The notes beneath the pieces were generated by a model. It made no database searches. It worked only from the letters and a program-made list of their open reading frames with translations, and was not told the DNA's origin. A stretch of 17,343 nucleotides of DNA from Pseudomonadota bacterium (GTDB lineage Bacteria; Bdellovibrionota; FAC87; UBA2466), in assembly GCA_043767805.1 (NCBI GenBank), contig JAYUGC010000021.1, positions 1 through 17,343 of the forward strand, read 5' to 3'. This document shows, one piece after another, positions 1 through 7,723 of this stretch (its first letter is position 1; each line of letters begins with the position of its first letter). Position numbers and translations under genes: made by a program.

Positions 1-1
1 G

Positions 2-172
2 TGGCGGAGAGCGATGACCGAAGCAGAAGCTTCCGAGCTCGTGGCGCTCGGCAAAGACATTTATCAAATGGGGATGACCAAGCCCGGCGCGACGTCCTCT
101 AAGTCCAACCGGGAAGCTTGGCAGGCGCTCTGCACCGCTACGGGCGCTTCCTTGGACGCCCTCACACTTTGA
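2..172 (+). CDS. Partial CDS (3' end); helical C-terminus resembling DUF1553/PSD1-type partners of DUF1501-like proteins
   Basis: Frame 2 is open from the window edge: WRRAMTEAEASELVALGKDIYQMGMTKPGATSSKSNREAWQALCTATGASLDALTL*, with TGA at 170-172, 13 nt before the next ATG. The R-x-x-T-x-x-E ... AW-x-x-LC-x-A-x-x-x-S pattern recalls the C-termini of proteins encoded just upstream of DUF1501-like genes. Confidence 0.7.
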   Translation, partial: WRRAMTEAEASELVALGKDIYQMGMTKPGATSSKSNREAWQALCTATGASLDALTL

Positions 173-185
173 AACGGAGTCCGTT

Positions 186-1556
186 ATGAAACGAAAACCG
201 CTGGATACCGGACATACTCACCCGCTCTCTCGCCGCGAGCTCATCGGGCACGGACTACTCACTGCCGCCGGCCTGGTGCTCGGGCCCTCGCTTTTCGCGA
301 GCTCGGCTTTTGGCGCCTGCGAGGATCCTCCCTCGAATTGGATGCCCTTTCTGGTGTTTGATTGCGCCGGAGGCGCGGGACTCGCCGGTAATTGGATTGC
401 CGGGAAAAAAGGCGGGCCAGAGGACTATCTAACTTCTTATGGACGCATGGGAATCGCGAAGGGACCCGCGCAGGGCGGGGCCGTCGACAAACAGTTCGGC
501 GCTTTCTTCCATCAAGACGTGAGTAAGATCCGGGAAGGTCTTTTAAAGACGGTGAGCGCGCCGGCCCTTGCCCATCTCAAGATGGGGACGATTTGCAACA
601 TCAGTCAGGACGACAGCAACGAGAACATGCTGTCGCCTCTGCCGTTGGTGTCTCAACTGGGCTTGAGAGGGCGGCACATCGCTTCGGGGCTCGGCGACTT
701 CCCGACGGCCTCCGGAAGCCAGTCGAAGCCGCCCGTGTTTCTGCCGCAATGGAAGCCCGTTTTGGTGCGAGGGGCGGACGATCTGCAGAGCGCACTCAGT
801 CTGGGTAAGCATCTCAATGGATTTTCCGTCGCGCAAAGAGAGCGTCTCGCCAAAGCGATGACTCGTTTCTCCCGTCGTCATATGGATCGTTTGCGAAAGC
901 TCCCTCAAAGCGAGGAAATCTCCGCCATCACTACTTGCGGGTATATGAAAAGCGAGCGCTTGGCGGCGCCGGTCTCGGGAACCGACCCCCGTCTCGATAA
1001 ACATTGTCAGGAAGTGTACGGAATTAAGGAATCGACTCCCTCGACAGACGCGAAGCGGCCCACTATCGTCTACAACGTGCTTCAAGGGAACTGCGGCCCT
1101 GGCGCGATCACCATCGAAGGCTGCGATTATCACGACGGAACGCAAACCACCGGTGACACCAAGGATCTGGAAATCGGAGAGTCCATCGGCCGCGCGGTGG
1201 AGCTGGCCCATCGGTTTCAAAAACCGCTCTACTTCGTCGTTATCTCGGATGGCGCGACGTACTCGGACCCGGGAACCCGGTTGTGGCGAGGCGATGCCGG
1301 CACTCAAGGGTTTGCGGTGGCGGGGTTCTTTCATCCGACGAAAGTCCCCGAGATGCGCCGCCTTCAGCTCGGCGCTTTCACGGATGGGCAGGCTGTCGAC
1401 CGCTCCACTTATGTCGGAGCCGATCCACGCCGCGCGGCTTTCGCGCTCTTTCTCAATTACCTGGCGGTTCACGGCGAGACGGGCAGCTTTTCCCGTTTGG
1501 TACCCGAGACGGACTTCAGTGCGAGTGAAATCGATGCGCATCTTCTTTTTGCTTAG
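186..1556 (+). CDS. Tat-exported DUF1501-like protein (family often auto-annotated 'general secretion pathway protein GspF'), 456 aa
   Basis: GGAG at 176-179 precedes ATG 186. The twin-arginine signal LSRRELI is followed by a hydrophobic stretch and an AFG/A-type cleavage region. Motifs PFLVFDCAGGAGLAG, GCDYHDG and SDG parallel the DUF1501 F-x-x-GG, G-W-D-x-H and E-F-G motifs. There are no internal TM helices. Confidence 0.75.
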   Translation: MKRKPLDTGHTHPLSRRELIGHGLLTAAGLVLGPSLFASSAFGACEDPPSNWMPFLVFDCAGGAGLAGNWIAGKKGGPEDYLTSYGRMGIAKGPAQGGAVDKQFGAFFHQDVSKIREGLLKTVSAPALAHLKMGTICNISQDDSNENMLSPLPLVSQLGLRGRHIASGLGDFPTASGSQSKPPVFLPQWKPVLVRGADDLQSALSLGKHLNGFSVAQRERLAKAMTRFSRRHMDRLRKLPQSEEISAITTCGYMKSERLAAPVSGTDPRLDKHCQEVYGIKESTPSTDAKRPTIVYNVLQGNCGPGAITIEGCDYHDGTQTTGDTKDLEIGESIGRAVELAHRFQKPLYFVVISDGATYSDPGTRLWRGDAGTQGFAVAGFFHPTKVPEMRRLQLGAFTDGQAVDRSTYVGADPRRAAFALFLNYLAVHGETGSFSRLVPETDFSASEIDAHLLFA

Positions 1557-2598
1557 CTCGCTTTTCGCGCTGGTGGGCTGCCAGTACCACGACAAGAAGA
1601 GCGCGCCGCAGAGCGGGGCGACCGAGTCCGTCTCGGGCCTTCGTGCTTTTCGAGGTACTCTGTACCCATTCGTGAGATCCAATTGCGTGGCTTGCCACGG
1701 TGGCACCCAATCGCCGCTTTTCGCGCAGGCCGACGCGTCCTCCGCTTATCGCTTCGCGCTTGCGTTCGCGAATTTCGAAGCCCCCGCTCAATCCGTCTTT
1801 GTGGTCCGCAGCCAGAACGGGCATTGTGGAGCCCCTTGCCGAACGAACGGCGCCGAAATGCGCCAGCTCATCGAAGCCTGGTGGAGTGAAGGTCAGCAGG
1901 GCGAAGCGCCGAAGGAGCCGACCGCGCCGCTTTTGAGAACGGGATCCCTTTCGCTGAGTGAGCTGACTCCAGGGAAATTCACGCGCTTGACCTGGCCTCT
2001 GGACGCCCTCGGTTCGGATCTAAAGGACGCCGAGCTTTCGCTCGAAGTGAAGCGGGAAGGGCCGAGCCTGCGTATCCGTGCGCCTCGCCTTCGGACCGGT
2101 CGCTCGGCAATTCGGGTGCGGAGCCCGCGCGTGCTGGTGGATGGCACTTTCGATTCCGCCTCCGACGTGTTTCGCCGCGTGGACGCCGTCGTCAATGCGG
2201 GGCGCTCGGTGGTCTTGGCCACCCAGGCGGGCCTATTTAATTTTCGAGCCGACGCGAAGGGGATCTCGGTCGAGTTTCCTGAAATTGTTTCGGTGCCGCC
2301 CAATCAATGCCACGCGCCCGCGCTTTTTCGTGAGACGGTGGAACCTATCTTGGAAGCCAAATGCGCTCGCTGCCATGGCAAGGAGAGCCGGCTCACGCTC
2401 ACCGGAACTTCCGAGGAGCTTTGCGCCGAAGCCCGCCAGCGGGCGAGCCTCACGGATCCGGAAGCGGCGCCTCTCGTCCTTTATCCTTATCTCCAGAGAA
2501 ACGATCATCCCATCAAAGCCATCGGCGAGCTCGAAGCGCGTGCGTTGCTCACCTGGCTTCGCCGGGAAAGAGACTTGGAAACCGCGCCTCGCCCTTGA
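1534..2598 (+). CDS. Diheme c-type cytochrome lipoprotein, 354 aa
   Basis: Start reassigned to ATG 1534, overlapping the upstream gene by 23 nt. MRIFFLLSSLFALVG-C is a lipoprotein signal with an LVGC lipobox. Two CxxCH motifs, CVACH (1684-1698) and CARCH (2362-2376), each sit in an F-x-x-T-[LV]-x-P-[FI]-[VL]-x-x-x-CxxCH-G context like planctomycete-type cytochrome c domains. Confidence 0.8.
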   Translation: MRIFFLLSSLFALVGCQYHDKKSAPQSGATESVSGLRAFRGTLYPFVRSNCVACHGGTQSPLFAQADASSAYRFALAFANFEAPAQSVFVVRSQNGHCGAPCRTNGAEMRQLIEAWWSEGQQGEAPKEPTAPLLRTGSLSLSELTPGKFTRLTWPLDALGSDLKDAELSLEVKREGPSLRIRAPRLRTGRSAIRVRSPRVLVDGTFDSASDVFRRVDAVVNAGRSVVLATQAGLFNFRADAKGISVEFPEIVSVPPNQCHAPALFRETVEPILEAKCARCHGKESRLTLTGTSEELCAEARQRASLTDPEAAPLVLYPYLQRNDHPIKAIGELEARALLTWLRRERDLETAPRP

Positions 2599-2900
2599 AT
2601 CGTCGTCAGTCCTTGGACAGCCGCCGTCTGACTCTCGAACACCCCGGACAACCCGGCTAAATACCGCCTGTATTCACGATTGTGAAGGTTGGCCTCGGCT
2701 GGGCTGTGCAGTGAAATGACGGCGTACAGCCTTCCTTCAGGCACGAGCCCGTGAGGCGGGATCGGCCCTCCGATTGCAGAAGTAGGACTTAACTCATCGC
2801 CTTCACCACGACTTGCAGCTTCTCACACCATCGACTCCACCTCGCTCGTATCAAGGGCCTCATGGTTCGATAGTTTCAGCCCACCCGCATGGGAGGTCAC

Positions 2901-5900
2901 TTGACGCGTCTTTGTTGCAAATGCCTTTTCGCTTTTCTCATGACCTTCGGCCTTTCGGCTGGAGCCGATACGCCTGCCTCGGGCACGTCGCGCACGCGAC
3001 CGCTTCCCGACACCATGGCGGCGCAACACCGTTTGCAAATCCGTAAGACGAGCCGATGGATTCAAGAGGACGAGTCGGGCGCCGATTTGGAGGCCGACAA
3101 AATCCGGGTGCTCACCAAGAAGCGCCGGATTCTCATCCGCGAGCTGGAAAAGACCGTGAAGGTTTTCAAAGAAGAGCCGAAAAAGCTCGATCTCAGTCTT
3201 CGCCTCGGCAAGCTTTACATGGAAGAGTATTACGCCCAGATGAACACGGCTTTCGAGAAGTACGAAAAGGCCATGGAGGCGTATCAAAAATCGCCGAAGG
3301 GCAAGAAAGCTCCGAAACTCTCTCGTACCGGCGCCATGGCCAACCTCACCAGCGCCCGCGCGTTTTATCGCGCGCTCAAAGCGAAATATGCGAGCTCTCC
3401 TCGTCAAGACGAGATCCTTTACTATTACGCGCTGAGCTCCGTGGACAAAGGCATGGAGACGGCCGCCATGGAATCCTTTCTGCAGCTCGTCGACCGTAAC
3501 CCGCGCTCACGCTATACGCCGGACGCTTTGGCTCAGCTCGGCGATTACTATTTCCGCGAGAACCAGGTCGAAAAAGCGGAAGGCTTTTTCGACAAGATCA
3601 TCAAGCGTAGGCTAAAACCGCTGGTGTCGTACGCCATGTACAAGAAGGCCTGGTGCGCTTATCACCTCGACCGCCCCGAGGAATCCTTGAAGCTCCTCAC
3701 CTGGGTCATCGAGAACGAGAAGCCGGGCTTCGCCGACGTCGGCCTGCGGGTTAAAAATGAAGCTTTGGCCGACATTACCCTCATCTTCACGGAGCTTAAT
3801 TTGGTCGATCGCTCCGTTTCCTTCTTCCGTGGCTTTGATGACGCCATCTACCGTCGCGGTCTCGAGACCATGGCCGCCATGTACCTCGAGCGCGGTAAGT
3901 TTCAGAGCGCCATCGAGCTCTCCGAGAACCTGATCAAGTCGGACTCCACGCACCCCAAGAATCCGTCGTACGAGATTAAGATTGTCGAGGCCTTGGTGCT
4001 GAAAAACGATTTGGAAGGCGCCGTGAACCGCATGGTTCGGCGCACGCCGCTTTATCTCGATGATTCCTCCTGGAACAAAAAGAACTCGGGCAATGCGCTC
4101 ACTATTCAGTCCGGCGAAGGCGGGCTCGAGGATATGGTACGCAAGAATGCCCTTCGGTTTCATGACACCGCTCAGAAGACAAGCAATGCGCAGAACTACG
4201 GGTACGCGAGCACCCTCTATGGGCATTACCTGAAAGTCTTCTCGAAGTTCCCCGACGCGAGCCGGATGCGGTTCAACCTCGCCAAAATCTATTTCAAGCA
4301 AAACAAGTTGGTGGATGCGGCGAAAGAGTACGCGAAAGTGTACGAAGACGAGAGCGCTGGCGCCCTTCGCCTCGACGCTTTGGTGCAGTCGCTGGCGTCC
4401 TTGTCCAAGGAACTGTCCTCGGAAAAAGGCGATCGCATCGCGCCTCGCGGCAAAGGTACCGAGAAGCTCGCGGATGACGAAGAGGGCACTCTCGTCGCTT
4501 ACTCCGAGCCCGAGACGATGTTCCTGGATCTCTCGAAGATTTACTTGAAGGCTTATCCCGGACAGAAGGACATTTCCGAAGTCCTCTACGAACGCGGTTA
4601 CCTCATGTACCGCCACCGCGATTTCGATCGCGCCCTTGGCGTCTTCCACGACATCGTGGCGAAGAACGCGAAGCATCCCACGGCGACCAGCGCCGCCCAT
4701 CTTTCCCTCGATATTCTAAACCGCCGCAAGGATTACCCTGGCTTGGTGGCGGCGACCGAAAAGCTTCTCGAAATCGATTTTGACAACCGCGGCTTCCGCC
4801 TGGAAGTCGAAGAAATCTTGCGGCGGTCCGAGTTGAAGCTCGTGGAAGCGATGGAGAAAGAAGAGAAGTTCGAGAAGGCGGCCGATGGCTACATGCGCTT
4901 CTGCCAGAAGTACGGGCCTCAGGATGAAGGTCTTTATGAGCGGGCTCTCTACAATGCCGCGGTGAACTTCACCCGCGCCGATCGGCCGGTCTCGGCTTTG
5001 GAAACCCGCGAGAAATTCCTCCGCACTTTCGCGAAAAGCCGTTTGGCTCCGCAGATGAAGCTCGACGTGGCCCGCGCTCACGAAGCGATGGGTGAGCTGG
5101 CCCAAGCTGCCCGTTACTACGGTGACTTCGCTCAATCCAATCCTAAGCACAAAGACGCGAAGAACGCGCTTCAGCTTTCAGGCTGGCATTATTGGGGAGC
5201 GGGAGACATGGCGCGCGCCGAAAAATCGATGCTCGCCTTCATGGACCTCTATCCTTCGGACGTTTCAGCCGAGCAAAACTTGCTCGCTTTTTACGAAGCC
5301 CAGGGTTTCGAGGATAAAGTGGCTAAGTTCCATCGCCAAGCCCGCTCACGTAAGGGCATCGGTCCCTTGGAGTTCGTGGAGCGCACGGTTCGTTTGGCCG
5401 AGCTCGTGGCCAAGCAATCTCCGCGCGAGGCGTCTCGGTTACTCAAGGAAGCTCAAGAAGCCACTCGAGGCAACGAAGGGGCTCTCAAGAAGAAGGGCCG
5501 CGGAACGGAGCTTCTTTCCAAGCTCGCGCTCTGGGACCTTCGGGAAAAAGAAACGCGTTTCTATCGCATCCGCCTGAACAAGGTGGCGACTCTAGAAGCC
5601 AATTTGACGAAGAAGCTAGAGCTCTTGAAGGAGCTCGAAAAGGACTTCGCTCGCGTCACCAAGCTTGGCGGCGAGGAGATGGGCCTTGCGGCCATTTACA
5701 AAGCCGCTGCGGCGCACACGCACATGGCGCAAGAAGCCGCCGCGGCCCCGGTTCCTTCCGCTCTGGCCGGTAAGGCGCTCGAAGCTTACCAACGGGAAAT
5801 TAAGGAAGTCATGGTCGCGCCCTTCCAGGAAAAGGCGGTCGCTCTCGTGCGGAGGTGTCTCGAGGACTCTCACGAGCTTCGTATTTTCTCTCGCTGGACG

Positions 5901-6953
5901 GCTAAGTGTTTCTCCCTGGGCTCCGAGCTCAGTCCCGAAAAATTTGTAGCGGTGCGCACGTTCTATCTGCCCCCTGTGCAGACGGCGCTTATCGTTCCCG
6001 ATGAGAAGCAATCCAAGGTTGCCATCGGATCGAAAGACGAGCTGGGCACTACTGATTTCGCGGCCTCTCAGCTATATGGATCGGCTCAAGAAGCCGCCTT
6101 GGCGTGGGACCCGGGCTCTCTCTACTTCGGCAGTGAGGAACCGGACGACGTAGCGAGCGCTTCTCACGAGCCTCTCGTTTTCGACTTCGGTTTCCTTGCG
6201 GAAGCGCGCGGACGAAACGTCGAGCGCAGTCTGTCGTCGGAAGCGCCAGGCCGGAACGAAGTTCCGACCTTTGCTTACCTGAATCTCTTGCGCTTGAGAA
6301 AGCCGGAGCAGGCGGTGACCGCCATTAAAGAGACCTTGCGTCTCGATCCTAAGAACGCGGCCTTACACAATCTCTTGGGCGTTGCCTATCTGGACGCCGG
6401 CAATCTCACCGCGGCGGAGGTGACTTGGCTCACCATGCTGTCCCGGGGCGAGAAGTCCGGGGCGGTCTTAAATAACCTGGGCATATTGAGCCTCATGCGG
6501 GGCAAGCAATCTCAAGCGGTCCAGTATTTCAATGACGCTCGTTCGCTCGAGGATGGGCCGGAAGCGTCGACGAATCTCGGCTTCCTCGCCTTGAAATATA
6601 GAAACGGCGCGGCGGCCAAGGATGCTTTTGAAGAAGCTCGCCGGCGCAAAGAAGAAACGAGCTCGGACGTCGGTGTCTTGGTGGCCCAGATGCAAGCGGG
6701 TGACCTGGACGAGCTTCGGGGCAATCTCGAAGATTTAACCAAGCGTCACAAGAAAGACCCTTATGCCCGCCTGGCCGTGGCCTATTACCTCATCGACGTC
6801 GAAAAAGACTTTCCCTTGGCGTCTAGGGTTCTCAGTGAGTATCTGGAGAAGAGCGAGACCAAGGAAATCGGAGCTCACTTTCAAAGAGCGCTCCGAGAAG
6901 CCGCTAAAGGCATGAACGAAGAAGTTGCGTCTTTGACCCCAGTTCGAGAGTAA
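2901..6953 (+). CDS. Large secreted TPR protein; GltD/AgmU-like body plus C-terminal GltE/AglT-like TPR block, ~1350 aa
   Basis: The ORF is open from 2889. GGAGG at 2892-2896 favours TTG 2901, giving the signal peptide MTRLCCKCLFAFLMTFGLSAGA. There are many TPR-like units (LGDYYF, YAMYKKAWC, ALYNAAVNF). An AgmU-like terminal segment KKLELLKELEKDF...APVPSAL...PFQEKA...SRWT...LSPEKF is followed by further TPRs (LHNLLGVAY, VLNNLGIL, STNLGFLALKYRN). Confidence 0.8.
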   Translation: MTRLCCKCLFAFLMTFGLSAGADTPASGTSRTRPLPDTMAAQHRLQIRKTSRWIQEDESGADLEADKIRVLTKKRRILIRELEKTVKVFKEEPKKLDLSLRLGKLYMEEYYAQMNTAFEKYEKAMEAYQKSPKGKKAPKLSRTGAMANLTSARAFYRALKAKYASSPRQDEILYYYALSSVDKGMETAAMESFLQLVDRNPRSRYTPDALAQLGDYYFRENQVEKAEGFFDKIIKRRLKPLVSYAMYKKAWCAYHLDRPEESLKLLTWVIENEKPGFADVGLRVKNEALADITLIFTELNLVDRSVSFFRGFDDAIYRRGLETMAAMYLERGKFQSAIELSENLIKSDSTHPKNPSYEIKIVEALVLKNDLEGAVNRMVRRTPLYLDDSSWNKKNSGNALTIQSGEGGLEDMVRKNALRFHDTAQKTSNAQNYGYASTLYGHYLKVFSKFPDASRMRFNLAKIYFKQNKLVDAAKEYAKVYEDESAGALRLDALVQSLASLSKELSSEKGDRIAPRGKGTEKLADDEEGTLVAYSEPETMFLDLSKIYLKAYPGQKDISEVLYERGYLMYRHRDFDRALGVFHDIVAKNAKHPTATSAAHLSLDILNRRKDYPGLVAATEKLLEIDFDNRGFRLEVEEILRRSELKLVEAMEKEEKFEKAADGYMRFCQKYGPQDEGLYERALYNAAVNFTRADRPVSALETREKFLRTFAKSRLAPQMKLDVARAHEAMGELAQAARYYGDFAQSNPKHKDAKNALQLSGWHYWGAGDMARAEKSMLAFMDLYPSDVSAEQNLLAFYEAQGFEDKVAKFHRQARSRKGIGPLEFVERTVRLAELVAKQSPREASRLLKEAQEATRGNEGALKKKGRGTELLSKLALWDLREKETRFYRIRLNKVATLEANLTKKLELLKELEKDFARVTKLGGEEMGLAAIYKAAAAHTHMAQEAAAAPVPSALAGKALEAYQREIKEVMVAPFQEKAVALVRRCLEDSHELRIFSRWTAKCFSLGSELSPEKFVAVRTFYLPPVQTALIVPDEKQSKVAIGSKDELGTTDFAASQLYGSAQEAALAWDPGSLYFGSEEPDDVASASHEPLVFDFGFLAEARGRNVERSLSSEAPGRNEVPTFAYLNLLRLRKPEQAVTAIKETLRLDPKNAALHNLLGVAYLDAGNLTAAEVTWLTMLSRGEKSGAVLNNLGILSLMRGKQSQAVQYFNDARSLEDGPEASTNLGFLALKYRNGAAAKDAFEEARRRKEETSSDVGVLVAQMQAGDLDELRGNLEDLTKRHKKDPYARLAVAYYLIDVEKDFPLASRVLSEYLEKSETKEIGAHFQRALREAAKGMNEEVASLTPVRE

Positions 6954-6989
6954 GCCGTCCGTCCGCGCGCTCGAGAGACTAGAGGGATC

Positions 6990-7483
6990 TTGGATAAAAT
7001 TTATTACGGTCCCGGGATGGGGGCTTTGGTCGCGGCTACGGTTTTGCTTTTGGTTCTGTCGGCGTGTGATGGCAGTAGGCTTTCGGGAACGAGGCTCGGC
7101 GTCCCACCGCCCGAGGACCCTTACGTGCCTCAAGGCGCGATTCTCGAGGATGCCACCCATATTTTTACCACGCGCTATACGCAGCGCACGGACATCCTCG
7201 TCGTCATCGATAATTCCGGGAGCATGTCTGAAGAAAGAGCCGCGGTGCAAAGCTCCATGGGGGGTTCTATGCGAGGATCAATGAGGCACGCCTGAACGAC
7301 TACCGCCTGGCCATCACGACGACCGACGCCTACACCACGGAAGGCGCTCTGGTTTCCTACAACGGCGTCGATATCGTCAGTAGCAGTTCGGTGGATCCCG
7401 TAGGGGATGTGAAAGGCATTCTGGGGCGGATCGGCGATAGCCCGAAGCGCTTTTGGGAGCAGCATCGACTCTGCCGTGACTGA
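6990..7483 (+). pseudogene. Frameshifted and truncated VWA-domain lipoprotein (CglD/CglB-like)
   Basis: TTG 6990 follows AGAGGGA. It has lipobox LSA-C and MIDAS DILVVIDNSGSM. The frame breaks at the G6 run 7259-7264; one extra G gives MGGFYARINEARLNDYRLAITTTDAY...SPKRFWEQ, the expected continuation of this VWA family. The domain then ends prematurely at TGA 7481-7483. Could be a real pseudogene or a sequencing/assembly error. Confidence 0.75.
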
Positions 7484-7723
7484 CAATGAGGGAAAGCCTG
7501 ACTTCGTCATTTCCGGGAACCGGGCGGGTCAGCGTAAGGGGATCGTAGGGTTTACGGCTCTCTCGACGAATGTTCGCGCTCGTGCCTTTCGCTAGCGGCG
7601 GACTTAAACAGCGGGCGTAAATCCCATTTGTCCGACAAGTCGGTCTTACGCATTGGCATTCACCGCAGCACGATGAACGGCAAGGTAGCTTACTGCACGC
7701 TGGTCGATCCGCTAGAGGATTAA
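7461..7723 (+). pseudogene. Possible orphan 3' fragment of another gene
   Basis: SIDSAVTDNEGKPDFVISGNRAGQRKG (frame 3) joins DRRVYGSLDECSRSCLSLAADLNSGRKSHLSDKSVLRIGIHRSTMNGKVAYCTLVDPLED* (frame 2) if one G is added at the G4 run 7538-7541. Its TAA (7721-7723) overlaps the stop of the convergent kinase (7720-7722). No start codon is evident. Confidence 0.3.

Noticed and set aside
1153..1533. N-terminal extension of the 481-aa ORF
   Set aside because: It is an Arg/Ser-rich off-frame read inside the upstream gene. The lipoprotein signal begins at ATG 1534.
186..1556. Calling this protein GspF of type II secretion
   Set aside because: True GspF is a polytopic inner-membrane protein. This one has a Tat signal, no internal TM helices and no T2SS genes nearby.
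543..1706. 387-aa minus-strand ORF
   Set aside because: It is the antisense shadow of two well-supported plus-strand genes and has no recognisable motifs.
3612..4700. 362-aa minus-strand ORF and other short ORFs inside the TPR gene
   Set aside because: Antisense or off-frame shadows expected from high-GC codon bias.
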